64,000 bases of DNA, from positions 7,276,101-7,340,100 of the forward strand of contig NC_092677.1 in NCBI RefSeq assembly GCF_964355755.1. The letters run 5' to 3'. Positions 29,101 to 40,900 of this stretch are shown here, piece after piece. Every line of letters begins with the position of its first letter. The stretch's first letter is position 1. The position numbers and the translations under genes are program-made. The notes beneath the pieces were generated by a model, which searched no databases, had not been told where the DNA came from, and saw nothing but the letters and a program-made list of their open reading frames with translations. The stretch is from Antedon mediterranea (lineage: Eukaryota > Animalia > Echinodermata).

Positions 29101-32100
29101 CACGTGGTGAACTTCGATGCCAAGCAGACGCAAACCCCAAACCAAATGCCTACATAAAGTGGAGTAGGGAAGGCTATAACACTACCAGTTTTACTCAAAA
29201 GTATGTCAATGATGTCGCAATTTTGAACATCCCATCGGTGTCAAAAGAACATGGAGGATACTACAAGTGTTTTGCTGATAATGGTATTGGCTCCCCCGCT
29301 TCGAAAGAAGTTCTAATTATTGTTCAATGTAAGTGCAAACCAAACGTATGCCAATACTGCAATATACATTGTTACAGCCTTTTGTGCTTATTTTCTATTG
29401 AACCTTCATTACTGTCAATATTTGTTTTCGAAGTTCTTCTTTTAAATTGTTATCCCCAAGTAGCAATTAAGAATAATACTAAGTGCTTACAGATAATTTG
29501 ATCTTGATTTTCAATGGAAAAGTGCTCCGTTAGCGTAACTGGCACTCTGCTCCAATATGCCTCTCTCTAAACACGACTCATTCACGATTCACTGAAAACT
29601 AAAGTGAACTTTCAAGCATTCATATAAATCTCATACAACATTATCCATATAAATAATAGAACTGTTTGAGTAAACTGTTCCCAACGACTCTTAAAAATTA
29701 GGAAATATACTAATACTACGAAAAATGATCTTCATTTTTTTAGATAAACCTCAAATCGACACAGCTGGCAATGGGAAAGTGGCAACAAGTACCGGCCAGA
29801 CAGCTCTATTGAAATGCAGAGCAGAAGGTGCACCAGAGGTAAAATTTAAATGGCAGCGGTTTGGAAAACTTGTGAACAGCAGTAGCAATCGTTATACAAT
29901 GGAGGTTCGTCGTGTAACTTCGGCATCAGACCTATACGAGACTCGTTTGGTAATCAACCAGGTGGACGAGGTACAAGACTTTGGTACATACACATGCGTT
30001 GCTTATAACAATATTGGAGAATCTACATTCAACATTGTAGTGGAGAAAACAAGTTAGTACACAGTTATTACTTTAATTTTTCCATCAACGGTTATTTTTA
30101 TTTCAATATCATATTGAGGATCTATACTAGAAGAATAAATTATTCTTGTCACGTATAAGACCCTAAAATAGCATGAAACTGAAGGGATTGTGAATACAGA
30201 ACTTACAGTCAGGATCTCATAATTTATTTCAATTTCTGCCCCAACTATTTCACTGTTGTATCCTATTATAGATAATTAATAACTAATTTGTATATTTCCA
30301 GGTGTTCCAGAAGCTCCAACTGACCTAAAAGTGTTGTCTGTGTCACATGATTCTGTTAAACTATCATGGCTTCCAGGTAAGGATATTGAGGCCACACTAT
30401 TCATAAATAACCATTTTATTTGAAGTTCTCGTTTGAAGAATTAGAATACTACCATTCAATTTCACAATAAAAATCCTTACTATACTATTTTAAAATAGTT
30501 TACCAAGTTCATTATTCAGTAATATATGTACAGGGATCAAGGACGAGGCAATTAGAGTAAAGTTTCAGAGTATGACACAGGTGTTGAACCCATGCCTTTC
30601 AGTGCCAGTGTCCAATATGCCATACCATCATACTGCTGTCTTATGTATAATAACAGAATTCATGTTGATATAAAGTTTGCGGTACACCACGTATATTAGT
30701 TCTGAAAAGAACTGTTGAGTTTCTTAACGTTTCGATCAATATACTTTGATCTTCCTCAGGAGTGATAATGCAGAAAGTCCAGGAAACTAGGAATTAGAGT
30801 GGAAAAGGGTGGGACTGGTGTGAAAGCCAGAAACAATGGCAAGTTCACACAGTGGGAGGGATTAAAACTAGCTATAGCAGAGCATTGTTTCTTAAACAGA
30901 ATTTATATTAACAAATGATTACAGGTTTTAATGGCGGTCTTACACAATCTTACCAAATTCGATTCAGAAGGGAAGACCTAACATCATTTCAGCTAATGGA
31001 TGTAGTTCCTCCTTCTTCAACCACATTTACAGTCACTGGACTAAATTCAAATGTAAAGTATGATTTTAATGTCAGAGGTCGCAATGAATTGGGATCAGGA
31101 CCCTTTATGCTGCATGCTGTTGAAGCAAACACAAGTGGTAAGAAAAATATAGTTATAAATTTAACTTAATTTCAAAATATGACTATTGTTATATTATAAT
31201 AATAATAAATAATAATAGTTCATTCTTATATAGCGCATATAAGCAAGCTCTCAATGCGCTGAACATTATTACCCCAATCATTTTTTTTGGGATAAAATAC
31301 GTATGGAAACATACTCTCATAATCAGCGTAAAGTTGTGTCTTGATCTAACCGGATACCCATTTATACACCTGGGTGGAGAGAGGCAAACGTAAGTAAAGT
31401 ATCTTGCCTAAGAATACAAGCAATGTGGCGAGAGTTGGATTCGAACCTCGGTCTCACGATCAGTAGTTTAACGTACCACACTGCGCCACACGCCCTCGAT
31501 TATAAATATGAATGCAGATAGGATTAGTAAGATATTAAGGCAATAGCTACTAGAAAAAACATAATATTACAATATATAATTTCTGCAATGTGATACAAAT
31601 TAACATTACTGTATGACTACTGCAAGGCCATTGAATTCAATGATTGGTCTTGAAAATTACTTAAATGCATTATAATACATAAATGTAATACAAAATTTAT
31701 TTTGTTTTTTTTGTTTATAGTTGAGCCAACTCAAGCACCAGGTTTACAAAAGTTAGGTAAGTATTGGCTACTATTAAACCAAGCATAAACCTCTTATCTT
31801 TATCTGTTGATGATTTTCCATCCTACCCACATACTCAGCAGATGTTGTATCTGCTCTTTAACTACGTCCGCTGGTGGAAGTCGTCTTCTTTAAATCAATA
31901 CCAGTTTTATTTCACCCCGTTTTCTTTAGCCCTTCTTTAAATTTTTTCATTATGTTTTTGCACATGTTGACACTTCACATGCACCCAATAGTTTTGTTGA
32001 AAATAACTATTTTTAAATTTTTTAAAATAAAATCTTTTTAATCTGTAGGTACTAGTGGCGTATCATTATGGATTGTACTGTTGGTTGCCTTTTGCGGATT

Positions 32101-34916
32101 CCTGTTTTGTTTTTTCATAAATGGCTTCTTGTGCTGTTGTCTCGTCAAAAGACGAAGGGGAAATAAATTAGGTAATTTTACAAAACTGTTGTACTTAAAG
32201 TATAAATGTTATTCATGAATAACATTAGGTACGTTTGGAAGATAACCAGTAATAAACTGTGCCGACCAATTGCACTCTGAAAAGAATAAACAAGACTTCA
32301 CTTACATCAAAATGAAAATAATGCCCATAAAAATGGTTTATATTGTATTGAATAAAGAATATTTGTTTTTTCTCATTTAGGAAAATCTTCTCCTGGACCT
32401 ATCAAGAAAGAAGATTTTGAACTTGCTAAATCGTAAGTACATTCATTACTTCTAATTATGTTTGGTAATGTAAACTTTGTTACAGTACATTGAAAAATCC
32501 ATATTAAGAACGTCAAATTGATGTCAACCTTTCAAATTGTTTATGTAATTTAAAAAAAATTTTTTCAGACAATCATCTGAAAACCCATATCAAAACGGAA
32601 CAATATCAAGTTATGACAGAGACAGCTCAAAAGAGTCCGACTACGATCCTTACTACTATGGAGATCAAAGGTCATATGATGAAAGAAGACGTGACCGTGA
32701 CTACAGTGATGGTGCTACATACAGTGAAGAAGATCGGTATAGTGATAACAGGCAGATATCACCAACTCCTACCGACTTCTCAGAATATAATGGAGGATTA
32801 TATAATACAGGCTATAGGGCGCCACCAGAACGACCTCCATCTTACAGCAGTTTTGACTCATATGGAGGTAAAATTTGTTATAAATTGATGTAAAGTTGAC
32901 TTTACCCTCTTCCATTTCAAGACACATCGCCATTGACTTGCTGTTGATATTAATGTAGTATGATATTGCTCTTAAGAGATCAACCAATTTTTATTTTTTG
33001 ACAGCACTGTAGTGCACCTACTTCATTGAACACATTTAATACACAGGTTTGTACGAAAGCCTATTAATGCCATTTTAAGTATATGTTTTTCGAACGTAAT
33101 CCGTTCTAACGAATTAGTAATTCGTTTGAACGGATTAATAATCTGTTCAAACGAATTAGTAATCCGTTCAAACAAATTGCAACATATACAACAAGTGCCA
33201 TTTAAAGTATATGTTGTAATTCGTTTGAACGGATTACTAATTCGTTTGAACAGATTATTAATCTGTTCAAACGAATTACTAATTTGTTAGAACGGATTAC
33301 GTTCGAAAAACATATACTTAAAATGGCATTAATGGGCTTTCGTAGGTTTGCTTGATACAAAGGCACTAATAAAGCAATTTTCATTTTAAATCGTAGGTGG
33401 TCGTGGTGGCCTTACTGGTAGTATCGTGACAGAATCCCAACTTAGTGAAATTGAAGAGCAAGAAGAGAAAGATTATGCAGATCTACTACGAATGAAACAA
33501 AGCCAAGTACAGAAAACCCTGTCGGGGCAGGTAAGTCACCAAGCTTTAGTTATGAACAACAGAGGCACAAACATTTTCCTAACAGAGGAGCTGGATGCTT
33601 TGTAAAGTGGCAAATGTTAAAATGTTCTCAAAGACAAAACATTCAACACAATTTAAAACAATAGAGAAATAAGTTTGATTTGTTTTTTCTTTTAAATTAT
33701 GTTTTTTTTTTCAGTAAAAATAAATATGGTATTAAAGGTATTTAAACTTTAAATACAATTGCCAAACAAAACAAACAAATTGTTGATCTAAACTTATCTG
33801 ATTTTACTAATGCATCCAGTGCTAAACGAAACAAACTTCAACACATACACTTATCTAGTCTGGGCTCCAGACGGAGTTTTGTCTTAATATTAGTAAAAAT
33901 ATATATATTTTTGCACATATGGCGTTTCTTACGTGTATTACTTGAGTTTGTATTTTCAGACAAAAATCGCGGTCGAAATAAAAACAAATAAATAAAAAAA
34001 AAGACAATAAATACAGACTTGGGGCAAGTCTAACACTTATCCTTTAAATAAATTTAGTACATTTTCCTGTATGTAGCTTCCAAAAAATGGGATTTTCAAT
34101 CATTAATTTTTAGTTTAAAATGTTCCTTCAATGTTTATATAAATCCAAAGGCAAATTACTGAAAAACTGAAAATGCTGTATCAGTGGCTGGATCTCAACG
34201 GAGATACAAAAAAAAACGTTAAATTAAAACAGCCAGTGCAAGTGAAGGTATTTGGATAAAGTCATTGCATAAAGAAATAACTTTTGCCAGCTGAATTTAC
34301 AAACTTACTAAGTTTTTAACTCACACCTTCTCAGTTTAAGCAAGCATAACTGATTGAGTGTAAACGCAGGGTTTTACATAATATTTGTCACTGTAATATA
34401 CTTGCATAACTTATGTTTTCCCAAAATTGGCTTATATTATAAAGAACTACATCATCTATAAATAAATCATTCATACCCCTAGTGTTTCAGGGATAAATTT
34501 GTCAACTCATTGATGTAAATTGAGAATAACATTTATGACAGCACATGCCCTTGGAAGTTTGTGTTAAGACTAAAGTATGATTGTATAGGAAGAAAAATCA
34601 TTACCTTGTTGCTTTAGGTGAAAAGAAATCAGATCATGGTCTATTTATTTATGCATGAAAAAAGCTGATAAGAAAGCTAATAAGAATGTGTGCAACATTA
34701 AAATGCTGTACTAAAATCCTACTTGATTAATTCTATCTTATGCCATTGTTTCTCAAAGTAATTTACCTTCATATTATTTTTCTTCAGGTTCGACAGGTGT
34801 CCACTCCAACACCCCCACCTGTACAGATGGGAAATTTTGTTCCGCTAACCAAAGCTCATCCTCTTACTAGTAATTCAAGGCGAGAAGCTATCAGCGAGGA
34901 AGGATTTTTAGTCTAG
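14124..34916 (+). CDS. NPHS1: Nephrin / sticks-and-stones / hibris / SYG-2 family IgSF adhesion receptor (~1267 aa, 22 coding exons)
   Basis: Phase-consistent GT-AG exons: 14124-14166 (signal peptide MYRQVFCILFIVSS), 20711-20893, 21996-22127, 22495-22824, 23079-23188, 23537-23717, 24512-24592, 25509-25730, 25910-26197, 27410-27547, 27830-27997, 28280-28561, 29053-29328, 29744-30052, 30302-30376, 30925-31137, 31721-31756, 32049-32171 (TM: VSLWIVLLVAFCGFLFCFFINGFLCCCLV), 32381-32432, 32569-32867, 33397-33530, 34788-34916. Nine Ig domains (GGNP and SNP motifs), one FN3 (PGFNGG), a Tyr-rich tail and the end EEGFLV* (nephrin and SNS end in GHLV). The first coding exon is less certain than the rest. 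Confidence 0.9.
17742..17871. repeat. 22-bp minisatellite, ~6 units (TGGGGTCATTTCTACCTGATCA)
   Basis: Head-to-tail units with no spacers, in the first coding intron of the nephrin-like gene. Confidence 0.9.
21373..21693 (+). mobile_element. Second TTAA-flanked (Kolobok-like) MITE family, copy A
   Basis: TTAA|AGATGTATTGT...GGGGACAATATCT|TTAA; homologous to 35753-36087 (inverted) and 45373-45667. Confidence 0.75.
24280..24415 (+). repeat. Short ~150-bp MITE family, copy
   Basis: CTATCAAACTAGTTTGACAAAAAAGTGTGATGTGCCCAAATATGG...AGTTTGATATGTAGACAGAGCT. Confidence 0.8.
26326..27083. mobile_element. PIF/Harbinger-like MITE (758 bp) in a nephrin intron
   Basis: TAA target duplication (26323-26325, 27084-27086); TIR GGGCGCGTTTATACAACACGCTA / GGCCGTGTTTATACAACACCCTA. 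Confidence 0.8.
28617..28749 (+). repeat. Degenerate copy of the hAT-like MITE at 37320
   Basis: Shares AGTGGRCAAAGGCCCCTGGTYTAGCACTC and AGCTCTGGG blocks. Confidence 0.6.
30697..30766 (-). mobile_element. Penelope-like terminal fragment with a minimal hammerhead-like motif
   Basis: Minus strand CTC-CTGAGGA-A-GATCAA-AGTATA-TTGATC-GAAACGTT, followed by the hairpin CAGTTC-TTTTCA-GAACTA. Confidence 0.5.
31195..31497 (-). mobile_element. tRNA-derived SINE with CORE-like centre and L2-like 3' tail
   Basis: Minus strand: A-box TGGCGCAGTGTGG, B-box GGTTCGAATCC, TTCTTAGGCAAGATACTT...CTCTCTCCACCCAGGTGTATAAATGGGTA, and tail AGCGCATTGAG...GCGCTATATAAG followed by (TTA)n. Confidence 0.8.
33052..33344. 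mobile_element. Foldback MITE with 6-bp target duplication (IS3EU-like)
   Basis: ~138-bp near-perfect inverted arms TACGAAAGCC...GGCTTTCGTA; exact 6-bp duplication GGTTTG at 33046-33051 and 33345-33350; internal ~21-bp subrepeats (TAATCCGTTCAAACGAATTAG) in both orientations. Confidence 0.85.
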
Positions 34917-35752
34917 AAAGAACAAAACATTTTTTTTCTAATTTTTAATTGCATAAACAGAAATTACACTTCCATGGGTAAAGTAAAGCAGGATTTAAAT
35001 GATAGAGGGAGTCTACTATTGGTCAAAGATGGTTGAAATTAGGCCTCTTCTCTCAGTACAGGAGGCCTATGATTTTTGTGAAACATTAGTGACATGAGAG
35101 AAGTACTACTACAACGACTACTGTGTTTCTTTCTATAAGAAAGTTGTAAAATTCTTTAAAATGATTAAGATTATAATAATAATAAAATTGCTTGTAACCA
35201 ATGTAAAATGTGTAAATAAAATACAGCTGTAATGCAAACGTTGATTTGACATTTTTCTAAAGCAAACTTTTATGCTGGCATAAAGTAATCTAGCTCGTTA
35301 AAACATGGAGAAATATGTACTACCATGGTTAGTAGAATATACTGGTAGGCATATTTTTATTATTATTTATTTGATAATAATGAAATTATGTCATCCAGTA
35401 TTATTGTAGCAATTAAATCATGTGGTTTTCTGTTCTGTCTTTTATTTGGTGCAAACATTTATAAGGTGTCTAATTGTGTTATGGATTATGCAAATTGTGA
35501 AATGTTTAAATTGTGTAGTTTTAAATGTTTCTTTCATGCATTAAGTTCTTTCCAAACTACAGTATTGACATGTAACAAATCAAGTAATGATGAAAATGAA
35601 TGTATACATTATTTTATTGAATAATTTCTGTAAAGATAATTGAAAAATGTGTTGCAACTAAAACAATGCTTTTAGTTTAGTGTGGGCCTAAGTACAGAGG
35701 AATGGCATGTAACAAGATAGAATACAATAATTAACAATAGGCATATTGTTAA

Positions 35753-36087
35753 ACAGTGTCCCCGATGATTTACAATGATGTTAAAAAAAAAATTATTCTT
35801 AACAAAATTGTTGTTGAATATGCCATTTTTATGTACTATAATAGTTATCCACTTTGACCAAAAATTAAATCGAAAAAAAAAATTATTTACCTGAAAAAAC
35901 TGTAATTTTAAGCAAAAAAATTGTCAAATTTGTTGTTGAATCTAACCATATATTTTATCATTTTTGCAGTAAAAATATAATTTTTTTTTTCTACGGAAGT
36001 GATTAACTATATTAAAACTACAAAATAACATTCAAAGTCTGATTTAATTAATCTTCATTTTTCATGTTTTTGGGGGACAATACATCT
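35753..36087 (-). mobile_element. Second Kolobok-like MITE family, copy B (nephrin 3' region)
   Basis: Reverse-complement match to copy A (CAAAGTCTGATTTAATTAATCTTCATTTTTCATGTTTTTGGGGGACAATACATCT). Left boundary approximate. Confidence 0.7.
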
Positions 36088-36452
36088 TTATTGACATTGG
36101 ATTTTGTGGTGGAAAAATTTGTGTTCAAGATGACATTTATATGCCTATTAGATGTGCTCAGATGTATTTATCAGGCTTTTTTTTCCAACTAAAAATACAA
36201 AATTATAATTATTAAATAGGTGCTATTTATTTGCAGCCATTATATCCATTTCGTCTTTCTATTATTGTTTATTTACCATATTTTTATTGCATGTAATTTT
36301 ATGTATTTTATATTGTACAAAATCTTTGATATCTATGTACCTCAAAAGTATGTATTTGACATTTTGAATAAATGCTTATAAATAAATGTTAAAATGTTTG
36401 AATTGAATTGAATGTTGAATTTTATACAAACAACATTCCTTGCTGCGAGTTA

Positions 36453-37281
36453 GGGCCTGTTTCTGCTGCAACTGCTTAAAATATGGTATAAAATACGGTA
36501 TTTTTTATACCGTATTTTTTAGTACCCCGTTTCTGCTAACAATACTTCTTGGGTGGTCGTGTTAAATTTCATCTTTTTTACCCAAATTGCCATTCATTTA
36601 TTTGATCGATAATTAAAAGTCGCAATAAAGGAAGTTTTACGTCTCACTCTCAACAGCCTAGCCCTAGTGATAGAGATGTTGTGAGAGCACAGAAAACATC
36701 GTAATGGGGACAATTAATTCGTTCCTTCCCCGAGTTATTGTATTTTGCAATGTTGTACTGCTTTCGCAGGCTCTTCAGCTTTGAGTTTACTTGCTTTGGA
36801 GACAAGTCTATTCCATACTCCTGCTTTATTTTTTTAGAAATGTCTTTATAAATGTGGTTGTCCCTTTTATTTGGCCAGACATTTTAGCTTCCCCACACAC
36901 ATTTATTTAGTAAAACTGTGACGTCTTCGCTCCACATTTTCGCCGAATATAATATATTCGGCGAAAATGTGGAGCGAAGACGTCTATACACGTGTGTAAA
37001 GCAGCTGACAGCGACAGAAAATAAAACACGAATGTTGACCTTTTGTCATGTAAAAAAAAATACGGTATTTTTTATTGGCAGCAGAAACGGGTACAAAAAA
37101 TACGGTATAAATTTGTAAATACCGTATTTTATCCACAAATTTTGTGGGGAAAATACGGTATACAAAATACGGTATATTTTTTATGAGCGCAGTTTCTGCT
37201 GCCAAAAATATACCGTATATATACGGTATTCAAAAAATACCGTATAATATACGGTATTTAGTTGGCAGCAGAAACCGGGCC
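36453..37281. mobile_element. PIF/Harbinger-like MITE (829 bp) between nephrin and FDXACB1
   Basis: TTA target duplication; TIR GGGCCTGTTTCTGCTGC / GGCCCGGTTTCTGCTGC; many subterminal ATACGGTA/TACCGTAT motifs; internal perfect 65-nt palindrome. Confidence 0.82.
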
Positions 37282-37319
37282 TTATTAGAGATGTGTAGCA
37301 AAATATAGTCATATCTCTC

Positions 37320-37474
37320 CAGTGGCATAACATAGTGGACAAAGGCCCCTGGTCTAGCACTCCTAAGAGGCCCTACAAGGATGGGGAGTTGCATTGACTG
37401 CTCATGCGCTCAGAGCCCTTAAGCTCTGGGCCCCTGAGTTTAGCCAGTGAGCGCTCATAGCCGTTACGCCACTT
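37320..37474 (+). mobile_element. hAT-like MITE (~155 bp)
   Basis: TIR CAGTGGCATAAC / GTTACGCCACTT; 8-bp flanks TATCTCTC / TCTCTCTC (one mismatch). Related copies at 28617-28749 and, partially, 47039-47092. Confidence 0.65.
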
Positions 37475-37974
37475 TCTCTCTCGTCACTGGTTGTGGCATT
37501 AGTTGAAAGGAAATAAAAGCAGAGTTGTCGAGTAAGGAGCTGAGAAATGATCAGATGTCAATCCATCGCAACTAGTGGTCTCAATTCCATTCAAAACTCA
37601 CTACCAGTTAGACTTTTGTCATCAGTACTTTTATGGATGAATGGTTGCTAGTTGACATATGTAGTACCGACATGTATTGCAACACATTTAAATGCATTTG
37701 TAAGCTAATTAATTTGGTCTCGTATGCAAATTATAAATATTTATAAAATATTTATTACAATAAAAAAATAATACCTAAACATTAAAATGAGAAACTACCT
37801 TAATTCGACTACTAACCTTGCAATATTTACATTATAATGGGTGAACAATAATACAGTCATTTAGTATATACAGTAATTTAATTAAAAATGTTAAACCCAA
37901 ACAATAGTTGTTGCACAAAGTGCTTCAACACTACATTGTAAAAATCCATGTGAAAACAGAAGCATGTTACTTGT

Positions 37975-40900
37975 TTAGTATCGCAGTTGTATACTATGAA
38001 AAGATTTAAGTTGACAACATAAATCCTGATGAACTTGGTTAACCTTTGATCTAGATAAAGCACTGGTCCGAGATTGATAAATGAATCTGTAACAAAGACT
38101 ATAGAATGTAGTGTTTTTTTCTTTGTATACATCAATAAGATCAACTGACTTGATGTATACGCCACATGAGGCTCGTACGATAGAGAAGAAATGCATTTCA
38201 GAAAAAGAAGTTTCAGTTGAAACTAAGAAACATAGGTCCCTAATGTAACTTGGTGCATGATTACTATAGGGAATATAAGAAGACTTATCCAGTGAATTTG
38301 GAACTTTTACAAGGGAGTGACTTAACCATAAAAGTCTGACATCATCAATATCAAAGCAAAGCATTGCAAGTAAATCCAAATTCAAAATAATTAATCCTTT
38401 ATCTTCTATATTTGCATTTTCTTGTCTTGCAATTAAACCAAAAACATGACAGGTGTTATCTAATGTAATCTGATGAAAGTCCTCTCTGGAAGTTTCACAG
38501 GATTCAGATTTCTGCCATCGTTCTCTTGCAGCATCCACCCAAATCTGGCACTGCATCATGTTATACTTTGACACACTTCTGGACCTTCCAAGCTCTGGCG
38601 AATCCTTCTGACTTTCTAGATCAAGTTTTGATAGTTTTTCTAATGCCTGTTGAGTTATATCCGAGTTGTCACTTTCTTCTAAATGCTGCTGACTTTTTTG
38701 ATTAGAATCCTGTGATGAAATGTTTAAGTTTAAAGGTTCACATTTTATTTTTACATCTGGGCATACAGAAGATACAATTAAAGAAACAATATCTTTCATA
38801 GAAGATTGATTGGCCATGAAAAGATGAATTTCATGAGTAATTGGAAACACTGTGGGCTGAATAGCACATCGCCTAAAGGCTGGACCTACAAGAAGCTCTG
38901 TCTTGTCTTCAGGTTTCGATTGACTCTTTTGAATAAAAGGACTAAAGATGAAAACATTGTCTTGCGAACTATTGGAATCACAATCTGCTCCTGCATACGG
39001 ACTGATTTCACCATCTATTACTGCTTCAGGTGCATCACTCTCTTTGTTATCCACTACAATATGATCATTAACTATCAGACTGGTGCCTGGATCTTCTGCT
39101 TCTATGGAACACAGTTGACTATTGTCAATCATTTTTGTACCCATTTTTACAGATTCATTAGTATCATCTTCTTGACTATCGCTAATTACAGATTCACTCA
39201 TTTCAGAAACATGTTTATATTCCTTTAATCTGTACTCAAAAGCCTTTAACACCTCTGTATTTATACATTTGATCCAATTACATTCCTTTGTTTCCGTTAC
39301 CAACATGTCCTTAAACAGATGTTTACAATTCTCTAATATTCTGTGATAAACCTCATGAACTGGACTGTTTGAGTCTCGCAAAAGATTTCTGTAAAGATAT
39401 ATCACAAAATCAAAGAACTGTACTGTACAAAAATGAGAGTATATGACTACCAAAATGCAAATAAATAATAATAGATATAATAAAGAACTGTTCTACAGTA
39501 TACAAATTACAAATTCTGTAACAGCTATTCTTGCACAATAAAGTAAAATCATAAGATTTCAGTTAGTTATAATTTGCCAGTCTAACCTTGTAATGTATCC
39601 ATCTAGATCTCCTGGGCACTTAAAACTGTATTCATGTTCTCCTATCTTATGATGTACTAAAATAGTGGACGAAGCAGGCTCTTGAAGAATAGGAAATTTC
39701 TTGAAAACATGCGTCACCCCACCATTTACGTTGAATCCTTTGCCTTGACCCCTGAAAAAAATAAATACATTACTGCCACAAACGTTAATTTAAATATTGA
39801 ACAAACAAAATATATTTTTTTTGCACACCTTTTGAGGAAAAAATGTGGTGGTTACTATTTGCATTTAGGTTTTTAGTCGCGTGGACGCGACTCTATAGTT
39901 CACTATGTCGGTCGGTCTGTCGGTCGGTCTGTCTGTCGGTCTGTCTGTCGGTCTGTCCGGTATCACTATGCATGTTATCGCTTTCTGACCTTATCTTGAT
40001 CAGTTTAATCTAGCTAAGTCAATTTTTCACAGTATATTCCTTATGGCCAGGAATCGATGTAGTTATGTTTTCACGGTGCGCAATAAAAAATTACGCGGTC
40101 TACGCACGATTTAAGAAAATCACGTTTGTAATCATATCTTCACAATCATGAATCACAATTAAATAAAATTTGGTACTCATAAATTTCAGGGCATAAATCA
40201 TCATATGGCAATACAATTACGTGCGTAGCGCATGTAACGCATGCGTACGCGCGCTTAAAATTTTCACAATTTATTTTCGATGAAATAAGAGTACGTTTCA
40301 GGCAATTTTAAGCGTTTACAAAATTGCCATGAGTGCGCAGATTTTTGCGCGCGCACTGCGCGTTAAATGTTATTGCGCACTCTTTTTGACCGATTTCTGT
40401 TTTCTTGACTTACTTTTCAACTAGAAATTACGTTATACGAGCACGTCAAAAGTGACAGGCTACGCTCGTGTAAATTAAACAAATATAAATGTTTTTAAAC
40501 ATTTCAACATTTTTAAACATGTTCAGTAATTTCGGTCAGTATAGTTCACTATGTCGGTCTGTCTGTCTGTCTGTCGGTCCGGTATCACTATGCATTGTAG
40601 CACGCGACTTAATGGCTGTTGGCCTTGTTAATTATAAGTTGCACTACTATAACATATATAGATATATATTACCTATAACCAGTGCAATTATATTCTGGAA
40701 ATGTTTCAGCAACAAACTCTTCAGTATGGGTCAATATGAGGTCAGCATATGTTGCCATAGAAACAACTTGCCAGGAATTTCCCCATTCCCTTTGTGGTTT
40801 GTCAGCAGGAGTTCCACCTTGTCCATTGCATAGTGTTAACAGCACTTTTCCTTCATTAGTTAAACACTGTGATGCACTGTGGGAGAAAACCTACATTGAT

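Noticed and set aside
31430-31497. tRNA gene
   Set aside because: A and B boxes are present, but I could not form a convincing cloverleaf, and the sequence continues into a SINE core and tail.
32613-32888. 91-aa ORF as the nephrin cytoplasmic exon
   Set aside because: Wrong frame; splice phases require the Tyr-rich frame (SQSSENPYQ...) at 32569-32867.
33090-33300. 21-bp repeats as a CRISPR or iteron array
   Set aside because: They are internal subrepeats of a foldback transposon that has a target duplication.
38806-39228. 140-aa ORF on +
   Set aside because: Antisense shadow of the large FDXACB1 exon, with no recognisable motifs.
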